Below the pieces are notes generated by a model that saw only the letters and a program-made list of their open reading frames with translations, had not been told where the DNA came from and searched no databases. Below are positions 14,301 through 29,914 of a DNA stretch of 64,000 bases, piece by piece. Both the position numbers and the translations under genes were made by a program. The stretch is taken from NCBI GenBank assembly GCA_964035545.1, contig OZ037772.1, forward strand, positions 1 through 64,000, written 5' to 3'. This stretch comes from Bugula neritina (lineage: Eukaryota; Animalia; Bryozoa). Positions within the stretch are counted from its first letter, which is position 1; every line of letters begins with the position of its first letter.

Positions 14301-15596
14301 CCCGACGGTGGCCAGGGTGCTAGACCAAAATGTATTCTGCTACCTCAGACTACCCGAGCAGATACTTTCAGACCAGGGGGCTCAATTCCAGTCTCAACTG
14401 TTGAGCGACCTCTGTCGCCTCTGGGGAGTAAACCAGAGCAGAACCACCCCATACCATCCTCAGGGCAACGGGGTGGTGGAACGCAACAACCGCATGTTGG
14501 GCGACGCACTCCGCAGTCTGCTCTTCGGCCGGGGTCAGGAGGAATGGGATACGATACTACTGCAAGTCATGCGGGCCTATCGCAGTACACCACACACCAG
14601 TACGGGAAAACCCCTAACCTTCTGATGCTTGGCCGAGAAACGCGGGTGCCCGACCACCTCACATACTACATCCCAGAGCAAGACTATACCATCCACGAGT
14701 ATGCCAGCAAATTGATAGAGGACCTGAGGGCCGCACACAAAATACTGCGAGCAAAGCAGTGGCAGGTACAGCAAGAGGACACTCAGGAACCACCCCTCTA
14801 TCAAACTGGAGACTGGGTGTGGATGATCAACTACCGTAGGCGTCGAGGACAAGCGGCTAAGCTCTAGCCTAAGTTCGTGGGACCCTACGTGGTAGTTGAG
14901 GCGATGCCCAATCATACGTACAAGTTGGAGCGCTCTGGACAGGTCTCTGTCCAGAATGAAGCCCGCTTGAAACCGTATTGAGCTAGCCCGAGAGCAGCAG
15001 GAAAAGCCTTCCCCCCCCCACCCCCCCCCACCCCGTTGTTGGAGCCCAGGAGACAGACAGCAACGCGCGGGCGGCAACGGCATGGACCAAAATACGAAGT
15101 GGTTGTGCCGCGAGAGGAAGACTTGATGAGGCAGGAAAGGCCCCTTTCATCAACAAAAGTGAGCCCATCGCCCCCAACACCAAGTCTACTCCCACCACTT
15201 CCGGATCCGCATCCGGAAGTGCAAAACCCCCCCATGGGAGGGGCTCCATCTGGAGACAATGGCGGAGAGGAAAATACCATCACCAACGACGGGCCTGAAA
15301 CACTACAGGTGGAGCAAAATAGCCCACCAGTGAGTACACTGTCCCTACCGACAACTACACTCCCTTCCACAGCTAACATGCCACCTCCCTTGGAACGGAG
15401 ACAGCGTACTAGACAACCCCCAGCATACTTAAAAGACTTCGTATGTGACCGCGTTACAAACGGTAGTTACGAAAGTTTAGCTAGGCACCGTACGGAAAGA
15501 CTGGCAGCAAAGCATGGGAGTTGTGAACACCACAGGAATACTAACTTTTGCAAAGGCGGAATAGTAAACAAAACTACCTACGCCCAGGGCAAATAG
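11378..15596 (+). pseudogene. pol: Gypsy pol (protease, RT, RNase H, integrase), many stops/frameshifts
   Basis: Protease FLLESGCT (catalytic D to E), RT YLDD at ~12764 with an apparent deletion near 12540, RNase H DTDAS and NYCTTRKELLAV, integrase H..H..C..C, VDLVGP, SDQG, YHPQGNGVVER. Confidence 0.92.
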
Positions 15597-15761
15597 TTCC
15601 AGCCGGGCTTAACAACCACGCTGCCCAGCCTTTTCGTACGCTGACGTTGTCAAAGGCAGACGCATCCAAACTCAATCCACGGACATCTAAGCTTGAACGC
15701 TGAGTATGATTACAAATGCCAGGTTCTCAGGTAAGCTTGCTTTGACCTAACATTCCCACTC

Positions 15762-16832
15762 ATGGAATCAGGTCTACCATCAGTTGGTTCTGATTTAATC
15801 GCCCTAATTGAATTACAACTACTGGGGACTGAGTCTTACGTGAAAGGCGACGAGAACATAACAATGGCCGATGATCTACTAGATCTGAAGCTTGACACTA
15901 TGTCTCTCAGTCAGTCTACACGCCACGACACAGTCCCTCGAGTGTCGTCTAAAAAGATGTATGACTCTCAGACTAGGAACAGTCGGTTGTCATCAGAATT
16001 ATGGTGTAAAGATCACACTCGATCTAACAATAATTCTGCTCTTTTAGATATCACTCTCTCTCCTCTTCCCCGTGACACACAACTATTGGAGATGGCTTGG
16101 GATGAGGAACCTGCCCCCGTCACACTCCTTGAAGTACTTTTAAACCAGTCATGCTGGGTTACCCCGGACACGGAAGCACTTATTCAAGAATATAAGGGCG
16201 ATGACCAATGCACCACCTGCCACTGGTGCCAACTCTATTTCACCACCCCTCGCAGACTCAGGGTTCACGTCCCCCAACATTATGTCACCACCTTTTGTCC
16301 CTGTGGTAAATATAGTTATTACAGGGACTACATCCTCCGTCACCAACGGACCATGATTTGTCACATTGGACATCTCTATGAAGTTGATGAACATTCTTTC
16401 CCACACTTCCTTGATCTCATCCGACCCTTCATATCAGACCCGACTCGCTATGAACGGCTGCGTCAGGAGTTCCCCACACCTAGGGCCATCACACAGGAAC
16501 CCTGCCCCAAACCCCCCCCCCGGATATAAAAGACCACCTACGCCCCATTCATCACCCCCCCCGCACGCACAGTGCCCCGTCCCGACTCCATACCCAGAGT
16601 CGTGCTGCGACGCATCGAAGTGCCCCAGCGATGGCGTCCCTCTCCTCCTGTTTCTCCAAAATCCTCCCGTAAACGACGTTGGCCATCTTCGTCTCCCAAC
16701 CGACACTCTGCCCCCGCCTGGAACTTGAGAAAAGCTGAAGAACGGATACGGGAACTAGAGAAAGAAGTGCAGAGGTTAGCGCCAAGAATATCTGCCACGC
16801 CTCCAAACTCCGGGCTCTCTCTGCCTCTGTAG
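15762..16832 (+). CDS. Extra retroelement ORF3: tandem C2H2 zinc fingers, Pro/basic region, coiled coil (frameshifted at C-runs)
   Basis: CHWC-x12-H-x3-H and CPC-x12-H motifs in ORF 15762-16529. Overlapping ORFs continue to RKRR and LRKAEERIRELEKEVQRL. Lies between integrase and the PPT. Confidence 0.65.
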
Positions 16833-17210
16833 CCCAAATGAAGGGAAGTGCTTGAGACGGAATTCCCAAACCTCTTGCCATACTCGTCTTACCCCCACTC
16901 TTGATGATACCACAGGTGGTGCCCCATCTAAAGCCTCTATCTCGTGCCCGGTGCTAGCGACCAATCTTCCAGTATGACAATCTCATAGTAACCTACAAGT
17001 GCACATTTCGTAGTCCTATGGGCCGTCGGCCTATAAGTGCCCCTCCCGTCAGTGTCATAGTGTTGTGTTTATACTGTTACATTTTTTTTACTGTATATAT
17101 TCGTGTCTTCTTTTATGTACCACACGCTCTCTCAGTTGTATATTGTTTTTGTATTTTTTTATTATCAATATTAATTGTATCTGTGTTATCAGGAAGGTGG
17201 GCTTCCTGCT

Positions 17211-17222
17211 GGGGGGGGGCGG
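17211..17222 (+). promoter_or_regulatory. Polypurine tract of the Gypsy element
   Basis: GGGGGGGGGCGG directly before the 3' LTR. Confidence 0.85.
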
Positions 17223-17498
17223 TGTGGTGAGTACGTACTACGCGAGTCTACACGTCCCCTAGCCAATGAGAAGTGCGTCATGTGATAACCCCCAGCGATG
17301 TATAAAGTAGTAGTAGAGAGAGTGTACTAGAATAAAAAAGATGTAGTGTTTTAATCCGTGTGTTTTTATATCTCTTTACTTGTACTTAGTAGTAAATAAA
17401 TCTCGTCTAACATTATTAAAAGCCCTATATTGATGTGGATACACAAACTATAATTACAAGCTAGGAACTCACGCACTGTAATTGCCCAAATTACTACA
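17223..17498 (+). repeat. Gypsy 3' LTR
   Basis: Direct repeat of 9348-9623 followed by the ATAT TSD. Confidence 0.96.
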
Positions 17499-18192
17499 AT
17501 ATATACCTCTAGAGAGAATCCCAAAGTTTGGTTTCGTTGTCTGAAAAATATTTCTAGCAGATGGAGTTATTAGAAATGGGATGTTCAGTAGACGAGACTC
17601 CTCTATTGTGGCCTCTGCTTTTTATACATAACTGCATGATACAGTTATATATGGAAACTTATATTCTCCTCTACAATGTACATGTGTTGTAGAGGATTTT
17701 TATGACTTGTGAGTGGTGAAACATCTTCCACTACACTATACATGTACATGTAGGCATTCTTGAGACAAATGTGTATAAATACTGTCTAAACAAGGATGAT
17801 TTGTCAACTACAGCATTGAATGGAGAAAACAAGAGAAGATAATTCAGTTGTTGTCATAACCTGCGCTCATTTATTACAGCCTACAATGTGCAGCTGCTTA
17901 AGTAGCTGGATGATCAGGTTAGACCAGGCGACAGCAATTGCTTTTAATAACTAATTAATTAATTGCAATCAAAAACTATACTGAAATAAACACTGCATGT
18001 ATTGTCAATTGTTAGAAAAATTATAAATTTGATGAACTATTATATTTAAATCCTCCAATTAAACTAAATAATGTGGCAGGTGAAAGTTTTACTGAGTGAT
18101 TCTAGAAGTGTTGTCAGATAATTATAAGTTACTACTGATCTATGACTATATAATGTGTATCACTCAGACAGTATATTATAGATCTTACTTAA

Positions 18193-18960
18193 AGGATTGC
18201 TCTATCTTGTCTAATAAATGGCCATTTAGGTCAAACACACATAATATTGTGTTTTTCTAAGCATGCATTGACAAAAAGCATTTGACCAAAGGTAGAAAAA
18301 GTTAGTTGAAGTTGAGGGTGTAGATTGGTAACAGCCAAAACGCCGATTTTGAAATGAGCTGGGAAATGTGACGTAACAGCGCCAGCATTCCTGCTGGTCA
18401 CGTGACTATACAAATGAATAACTATAGAAATATGACTGTGAGATGTGATCTTTCAGCTCGTAATTTGTATGTTTATAGAAGTGCAAATGTGAATTATCTC
18501 AATCTATAGTTTTTTGACATGTTAAATAACATGTATGTGATAACATTAGGCCATATTTTGCTTGTAAACATAGAAAAAAGCATTGCAAAAACATGCATTC
18601 TTTAGGATGAATGCCTGCGATCGATCTAAACTAGGTCAGATTGTGCAATATTACGGGCGCACCAAAGCTGACCTATATAGCGCACTGTAACTGCTTGAGC
18701 GTTATTGGTTGATGTTGCGCTCAGCAACCTTGAATACTAGCGTTATAATTAGCACGTGCAGCATAGTTACTGGCGTTCACACGTCACGTATTAGGCTATT
18801 CTTTTTCATGGCTGAAAATTTTACCTCCCTCAAAATTGGAATTTTGAAAAGCTGTTTTCTAGGCATATATCCCTTTGCAAAGTCACAATTGTTTGCATAC
18901 ACATTAGATTATAGTTCATAATTATAATGTGATTGTAATAAACTAAGATAGAGCAATCCT
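18193..18960. mobile_element. Kolobok-like MITE
   Basis: Perfect 16-bp TIR AGGATTGCTCTATCTT with TTAA TSD on both sides; RR...YY termini. Confidence 0.85.
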
Positions 18961-20211
18961 TTAAGCAACTTGAAAAGAATTCAATTTACTGAATATAATA
19001 TTATATAGAACAGAATGGCTAGTGTAAAAGTCTGACAACCCTGCAGCACCTTGAAACACAGAGTGTAAAGATGCAGTCAGTACACAGAGTTTGTTGATGT
19101 GAAGGTGTTATATCAAAGTTTTAATGCTATACACGGGCTGACAGTCAAGCAGCCACCTACAAATAATTATATATATGTGACCTACCACTACACAACCAGT
19201 GTATCTATACAAAATTACAGATTTATTATAACAATAAAATTATATATATAAAAGCGTTAAAATATCTTTGAGAAAATTTGCTCAAGCTTCTGTTTAATAA
19301 ACATGATTTAATTTGCGATAAATAATTTCGGAAATAGTTTTATAAAGTTTAGATTATTAATTATTAATAACATGAACAGAAATGCTGTTAACCTCTACAA
19401 AAAAATTGCAAGAGAGGCAACTGCTAATACACAAGAAGAAAACTGGAATAATATTGCTGAAACATAAGTTTATAAAACTGCAGTGTTTGAGTTATGTAAT
19501 AATATAGTATAATGTGACAGGTAGTGCCATGTGTCATTCTTACTCACTTTTCTATTTGTGTCATTATTACCTTGTCCACATTTTCCTCTAAGAGGAATTT
19601 CCTCCAGGTTGGGAACCACTGAACTAAAAGAAAACATGTAAACATGAACATTACCAACTGCATGCATCACTAGTTACAAGACTGTTGGGTTACAATATTT
19701 GTAAGCTGAAGAGCTATTAATAGAGGTGATGATAATACAGTATAAATAAGTCAGCTTATTATCATGAGTTAGTCACTGCTAATATGCTATGCTATGGATA
19801 ATAGTCAGGTATAGCCATGTATAAATAATTCTACTATTTATTACGACTATTATGACATCTACGATGATGAAGTATAAAATGTGCCTTTACATACACAACA
19901 TATTTTGTGTTTAAATACAGTTGAACTTTCGGTGTTCGAAATTTTGTTTTTCTGTTTCCAACGTTGATTTAAAATACAAATCAAAAAAGTTTTTCAACAA
20001 TTAACAGTAAAATATGCTGAAGAACTAATGTTGACTTGTAGAATAAGTTAGCAAGAGAAGTAACTCCCGATTAACATGATTAAACAGTCACAATAATATT
20101 CCTGAAAGATTCCTAGAGCCTAAAGTTTATACACTATTGTGATGCAGTAAGTATTCTATAGAGTTGGTATTTATATTGCAGAACAATTAGGTCTTTTCAC
20201 CAGGCATTTAA

Positions 20212-20904
20212 CCCTTACGCGATCAATGGACCATATATGTCCCTCAGAGCAACACCGTCCACAGATCAATGGACCATATATGGTCTTTTAGGTAAATAAA
20301 CAATAGCGCTTACTTTAAACTTCCAGTTTTCAACCGAAAAGCCAAAAAAGTTTTGTAATTGATGTTGATAGTGCAGCTTAGTAATTTTAGGATATTTATA
20401 GCCATTAAATTTGATTAAATTAATAGCTACCAAGCCAGCTATAGTTGCTTTTCAATTTAATCCCTAAATTTCAAAATTATCGGTAAATTTTAACACCACT
20501 TTCAAATGCAAGAAACTGCTGTCAAATTATAGAGAGCCAGTTTATTTTATTCAGATTACATTTAGAGGAACATCTAAATAAACAGAAATATCATAGTCAC
20601 TATGTTTTGAATCATATTATAAATTAGTTTTATCATTTTGAGTTTTCAATTTTAAAATGGCGGTTCTGAGAGGTCAAAATAAAATGACTGATTTTAGCTA
20701 GAATTAAGGTCTCCCGTCACTTTAAGAAGCTTTTTATATAAAAAAAATACTCTTAAAATTATAATACCCAGTTTAGTTAGGACCAAAATCAAGTGTAACT
20801 TTTTAATAATGAAATTGAAAGTTATGCAAAATTTGTTAGCAAATTTCACGATAAACTCAAACGAGACTTAAAATTACGTAACTTCAAAGTTGATCGCGAA
20901 AGGG
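20212..20904. mobile_element. piggyBac-like MITE
   Basis: TTAA|CCCTTACGCGATCAA ... TTGATCGCGAAAGGG|TTAA; subterminal direct repeat GATCAATGGACCATATATG. Confidence 0.88.
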
Positions 20905-21518
20905 TTAATATTAGCTTGTTGGCAAATAGATTTCATTGATGGAGTTATCTTAGGTTTTCATATAATATGGCCACTCGTAAAGTAGCCAAATCCAAAAATC
21001 TCAGTTTACAAAAATGACTTGGTACACTTTACTATGCAATGGCAAGTTATTTTCTATATACAATGCAAATTTCTTACAGAAAAGTGTCCAATTTTTGTTG
21101 AAGCAATTACTAAAATTTTTCTTCAAGATAAATGCTGTATAATATACTTAAAGATAAAATTTAAAAATTTTTGCATTAGTTTTCATTTATGTTAGAAAAC
21201 TAAATAACAGGATTGCTGTTGACATTTATAAAAGAAGCGGGGGAAGCAACTCCTAATCAACGTTGAGTTCAGAAAGAATAATATTGACTAATAAGGACCA
21301 TAAGCTAAAGATCATACATCACTGTCAGCTTGTAATAAATAATATAGTATAAGATTACTCAATATATAACGTATAAAATTTAATACGAAAATACTATAAA
21401 TATTATGTATATATTGTGATATATTATGTTGTAAATAGAAAACAAACTATTTTACAACACAATGTCAAAAGTAGGAAACACTGCAATTGAGTTTAATGAT
21501 ACTGATTAAGCATATATA

Positions 21519-21573
21519 TACCTCCCGCCACCCGCGCAGGACCACAGCGGTGAAAGGTGACCAAAGGTGACCA
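21519..21573 (+). mobile_element. 55-bp 5'-truncated non-LTR retroposon tail with 14-bp TSD
   Basis: ATTAAGCATATATA duplicated at 21505-21518 and 21574-21587; GC-rich insert ending (AAAGGTGACC)2. Confidence 0.65.
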
Positions 21574-21603
21574 ATTAAGCATATATAACCTACCTTAATA
21601 TAG

Positions 21604-22025
21604 TAGACTGTGTAAATTTGGTACATTTACTATCTTGTACCAACTCTAAAGTGCTCACCGCTATAACTTACATAAACTTCTGCAAGTTCAAATGCAAAAC
21701 TGCCAAAAACAACCAGCTAACTCACCACTATGTCAATAAACAAACCATCAAGTATGCAAGTTTGGTAATACTTTCCCAGGGTAGTTTTGCAAATACTCAA
21801 CTTTTAATTGCCTCTTTTGAGCACTTAATTTAGATAATTTAAAAAGTGAACTCAAACTCATAAATTTAAGACATGAAATAAAAGAGTCCATGCAATGAAA
21901 GTTGCACAACTGTTTTCTAGAAGTATGCATTTTGCATTTGAGATTGCAGAAGTTTATATAAGTTATAGTGGTGAGTATTTTAAAGTTGGTACAAGATAGT
22001 AAATGTACCAAATTTACATGGTCTA
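21604..22025. mobile_element. MITE with ~100-bp imperfect terminal inverted repeats
   Basis: TAGACTGTGTAAATTTGGTACATTTACTATCTTGTACCAAC... mirrored at the right end; explains the mirror ORFs 21618+ and 21748-. Confidence 0.8.
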
Positions 22026-22769
22026 TTAAATAATAATATTACAAAATTGTTGCAATTTATGTAGCTGTACACAACAAAGACAATTCACTACATAATATAT
22101 AAGTTGTCATACAAACAATGTGAATATGAGTACTTTAATTACAGCAAACTCTACCCTAAATACAACTAATGGTATTGCGGCTAATAAACATAAATAGAGA
22201 ACTTTTCAAATCCTCTGTGTATGGCACAGTAGATGGTTGTTATTCAATAGTCGATTGCTGTTACCTCAAAATGATTCTAAATATTAATATATTTACTTAT
22301 TGAATTCAACTGAACAACTGGAGTGATGGAGAAGACAATTCTAGTAAGAATAACTGACTAGGGCCGTCTGTTGTTTATGATGGAGACCAGCTCAGCAGAC
22401 ATCAGCCTCAGATAATACGAAGCACAATCACTGACATAACTCTTAATTTGAAAGAAATGTCAAATAATTGCTACTCTAATACTCAATACAATCTTTATTT
22501 TCAGTATCATACGTATTGCTAATATTATATGTATGCTATAATATTTGTGAAAACTGTTGTACATGCAGAAAGCAATTATACTGTAGATTGTATTTTTATA
22601 CTTGCGGAAATATTAACCTTTCATCATTGCCTGTAAATAGAGGTATTTTCTTTTTTTCTTGTATTATTTTATCAAATAAAGAGTTCATCATTATTATCCT
22701 ATCTCCTTTAAGATAAAGGCAGTACATATCTGGGATAGAAGATTATTTTAGTCACAAGATTACTGCTGA

Positions 22770-24020
<1,251 letters not shown>

Positions 24021-24025
24021 TTATA

Positions 24026-24337
<312 letters not shown>

Positions 24338-27300
24338 TTTAAAAACGGCTTATCAAGTATCTGACCTAACTGTTAGGCTGAATGACCTATTTCTTAAACT
24401 GACCTAGTTCTTAAGCTGAATGACCTAGTTTTTAAACGGACCTAGTTTTTAGGCTGATCTAGTTTCTAGACTGACCTAGTTTTCAGACTGACTTAGGCAT
24501 CTTTCACAAGTGTAGCTGCTAGAAACTATTTAATACAGACAAGTGGATAATTTGTATGTTTATATCTTCTGCAGGAAGTAGTTAGAAATGATCCAATCAG
24601 AGCCGTGTTGTACTGATGTGGGAAGATGACAACTCCATATTTATAAAACACCAGTTTAGCAGCTCTTTGTGATGTGACTCTTGCATGACATAAAGCAATG
24701 AGTGTTGCATGGTAGTACATGTTTGTGTGAATAATATCTTTGTGTATTCAACTCATTTGTATAATTCATATATGTTGAAAATATCTTATAATAGTGTCTT
24801 GTAGTTTAAGGAATATGATTGTAATTTGGAGTTGTCTTTTCACTTTGTTGAGAAAAGATTTTTGAAGCATTTTTGTTGCATTACGCTGATTCCTGCTTTT
24901 ACCCACAATTCTTATAAAGTTTTGTTTATCTCTTTGCTTCATGTTAAAGAAGAATGAAATATACGACTCATTTAGAGGAATAACTACAATACAATATAAT
25001 ATAATATAATAGAAAATAACATAAGATAATACAATGCAATACAATATAATATAATATAATACAATATAATTTATAAGACTGACTAATAACAATATACAAA
25101 TATACAACATAATACAACATAATACACTATAATTTATAATACTGACTAATAACAATATACAAATATACAACATAATATAACATAATACACTATAATTTAT
25201 AATACTGACTAATAACAATATACAAATATACAATATAATATAATATAATACAATTTTATATAATATTATATAACTTACTAAGGGTCATGCATATCTAAGC
25301 AGAGCAGTCGTGTTCTATAATGACCTGTCATACAAATATAGGATATAATGTTCAAGTTGTGAAATTTATAAAATAATATAGCCACTTTCAGTAAAGTATT
25401 ATTCCTCATAATAGAATATAATATTATAGCAATATGTTTATATCTCAGGTAGCTGTACACTCGTCTTATATATATAATATACATAAGTTGCCAAATGAGT
25501 GATATAGTTTAATATACAATTACTTTCTATGAAAGCATTCATGAATACCACAACATAAATTTCAGTTGAGTATAAATAACCTAATTCTACATACGCTATT
25601 ACAGGGGTTGGTAACTAGGCACCCCAGGGCCACCTGCGGCTATTTGCCCATGTTTCAGTGGCTTTTTCTACTGCATATGACATCCGAAAACTGTTATATA
25701 TGCAGACCTGATTAATACAGTTATATACGATGTTTGATGACAAATCACTCTATTATAATAAAATTTAATATGTGAACAGTGCAGTGTACATGATATAAAT
25801 TAAATAATGCATAGTAGATTATATTATTACTTTATTACGGGTTTCATTGAAGTAGCCATGTCCAAAAACTCATGTTACCAGGTAAAGCCTCAGACAATTT
25901 CAGTATGAGTGAAACCATTTTGTATGGCATGACCCAAATCCTAATGTATATGCCACACAGTTTTATACATAGATGTGTTGAAATATAGTAGACATAAATT
26001 TAGACTTTAAAATGAACATTTCATGGTGACAAAAATAGAAACTTCAACCAATGTTGAAAATATTGTTTAATGATGTCTAACTAATGCTAGTTAACAAATA
26101 TAGGAGACAGGAGAAGCAACCCTAAATAAAGTTGAATGAGTCAGAAATAATGCCCAAAGGTTATAAACTAAACTTCATGCAGCGCAGTGTTCCACTTCAA
26201 TAACATAGTGTATAGTAATGGAATATATAGCATAATAAATAATATTAAAATAATATAAATATTTATTATGATATGAAATAAAATAAATATAAACAAACAT
26301 AAATTGCATTTTTATAGAAGACTGTTTCAAAAAAATATATATGATATTGCAATTTATTCAACTATATATAACATAATAATTTCCAATTATGTATAATGTA
26401 TGGAGCCTCGTGTTTGTTTTTAATGTTGATTGTACTTTATTAGAGCCGTAAGTCTTGCCTGATGCTATAAATGACAACGAGAAAACTGATTGGCTCTACT
26501 AGTTCTATATAAATTGGCTGCACTGGTCATGACTCTGGCACTTGATCTACTGTGGCAAGGTCAAGTCTAGAACCAAGATGATGTGCAACTCACAAGTATT
26601 TATATGGCTACAGCGTTTACATGGCTACAGTTGAACTGATGAGTTTACAAGGTGTGTTGGCTAACATAACATAACATAACAGGACACAGTTATATGGAAA
26701 ATAAATATGGTCATAGCAGGTTAATGGCAGTGAGGTTGACAAGCTATATAGGTAAAAGTAGTTTATGAATACATTTTCAGTACTCGGGTTACAATTTGTA
26801 TTTGCACTAACATGATGTGCTGCCAGAGGGCCATGCTAGCAGTTACATATCACTCACCATAATGTAATTATGACAATTTTTGTAATCACATTGTTGTACA
26901 ATTATATAATAAAACAATATAACAAAATATAAGTCATAGTACTATATAATCATATTTTGCATTGAACGTTAACACAAATGTTAAGTTATTATCTTTAGAT
27001 GAAAGTTATATACTGATTGATAGATTTAATAACATAACTGTTTGTGAAGAGTCTTTGTAGATGATTTAATAGTGAATTTAAAATCTGCTTCATAGAAACT
27101 TTTACAGTTTTAATTACTTATTACCCTGAAGCTGAGTGTAAAATAAGAAACTCATCAGGTGTAACTGAGGTGTTTACTAAATGTTGAGCTAAAGGCTCAA
27201 ATTATTTATGTAGCAGCTGCTAATGAACATTGATACACTGACTGATGACAGGGTAGATTGAAAACTATAACTGCAAGTTGGAGCATTTAGAAACGATGAT

Positions 27301-28095
27301 ACTAGTTTGATATCATGCGAATTCTCGAAGACGTTATTACGGCTGTCATTACAGTTAAAGCCGCATCCAAAAACCTAATAGACGATGTAAGTTTGGGACA
27401 TTTGTAACTTGTACTATTTTAAACCACTGCTACCAGATTGACTAGTCTTTCAGTATATACTAAACAATTTTTAAATATAAAAGTGTTTAATTACATTTAG
27501 TACAAATTGTTACTTTTTTGTTTAAAGTAAACATTTTACATAATGGAAAATATAATTTTAAATTATTTTGAAAAATTTTCTGCATTAATAACTGGTTACC
27601 TAAACATAGATGTCAGTTAACAGATAAAAAGATTTACCAAGAGAAACAACTCCAAATAATATTTAGTGAGCTAGAAATTCTATTGGAATTGTTCATGCGT
27701 TAGTGTTAGATTGCATTAACATAGTATAATGCAAATGGAGTATATAGCATAATAAACTGTATTAAACTACTATAAAAGCTTATTCTGATAAAATATAAAA
27801 TCAAAACAAACAAACAAAATGATATACAATATTATAACAACATTTATTGTCAGACTATTGTGCAATATAATAAAACAATATAATATATGATGATATAAGG
27901 TGCCATATAAACCATATTATATATAATGTATACATACTAGATTCTTGTTACATATAATATAATATATAATTAGTATATGTACTAAATTCCTGTTACATAT
28001 AATATGATATACAGTATTAGTATATGTACCAAGTCACTGTTACATCCATTATAATATATATTATTAGTATATATAACAGGGATGAAGCAGCTGTG

Positions 28096-28500
<405 letters not shown>

Positions 28501-29384
28501 CACTAAGGCATTGTTACATATAATATAGTATATATAATATATATACTTAGGTACTGTTATACATACAATATAATATACACTAAGTCACTGTTACATATAA
28601 TATAGTATATAGTACTATATTATATAATATACTAAGTCACTGTTACATATAATATAGTATATATACTAAGTTACTGTTACATATAATATAGTATATATAA
28701 TAAGTCAGTGCTACAATCCATACTCTTCACTCTATTAAAATCAAATAAATCATGTAACACAGACTACACAATGGATTATCACATCCTGTTCCTGGTGTCT
28801 CATTTAACCTCCAACATGACTATACACTATGCTAACAGCATTACAGCCAACCCATGTGTTAGTAATAATAATCTATTTAAGTATATTTGCAAAAAAAGAA
28901 TGAATATTAAATGCTATAAGTAGCTTGTATTCAGGAAAACAAAGGCATTAAGTAGACACAGTAGAGTGGCCTTGCTTGTCTCTCTCAATGTTACAGATAT
29001 TCTATTAGCTAGAGTAAAGTGGAAAGTCTGGGGAAACGGTAAGAATATAAATATCAGTATACTTGTGTGCATGTATGCTATACACTCTATACAGTATATA
29101 GTGTATAGTATATATTAGCATATGCATTGTATATAGTGTATAGTGCATAGAATACAGTGTACAGCATATAACGTGGGCTATAGTACACATACAGTATATA
29201 TTATATATTGTTTACTGTATAGTATGTAGTATATATTATAGTATATTAAAATATGTAGTACACTGTGGTATACAAAGTATAGTATACAGTGTATGCTATA
29301 ATATAATAAGCGGTTTATTTTGTGTAGTATAACATCGTATACATGTAACACAGTATTATATAGCAAATGTCGTAGTAAAGAGTA

Positions 29385-29660
29385 TATAGTACATATTATA
29401 CAGTATACAGTACATATTATACAGTATACAGTACATATTATACAGTATACAGTACATATTATACAGTATACAGTACATATTATACAGTATACAGTACATA
29501 TTATACAGTACATATTATACAGTATACAGTACATATTATACAGTATACAGTACATATTATACAGTATACAGTACATATTATACAGTATACAGTACATATT
29601 ATACAGTATACAGTACATATCATACAGTATACAGTACATATTATACAGAACACAGTACAT
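29385..29660. repeat. 21-bp minisatellite (CAGTACATATTATACAGTATA)
   Basis: About 12 tandem copies. Confidence 0.92.
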
Positions 29661-29914
29661 AACATATTATTATAAATCATACAGAAATGAGTCATTATAC
29701 ACCTTAAGATGGCGTACAGTATACTGACTAGTTGAAACTGTATAAATCCTAAATCCAGTTTACAGTATTTGAGACGTACTTACACATTACTCATACATAT
29801 TTCACGTGTTAACTTGAAAAACCTGTTCAGTACCATTGCATGTTGCTATCAACTGTATTCTCTTACATAGACAACTAGTGACACAGGAGACTCCCAGTTG
29901 GTATCCAGCAGAGA

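Larger units (their letters stand above)
9348..17498 (+). mobile_element. Full-length, decayed Ty3/Gypsy LTR retrotransposon
   Basis: 276-bp TG...CA LTRs at 9348-9623 and 17223-17498 (about 9 mismatches by eye). ATAT TSD at 9344-9347 and 17499-17502, tRNA-Leu PBS, G-rich PPT, domain order gag-PR-RT-RH-IN. Confidence 0.96.

Noticed and set aside
9822-16964. Antisense ORFs inside the Gypsy element
   Set aside because: Shadow frames of GC-rich coding sequence with no recognisable motifs.
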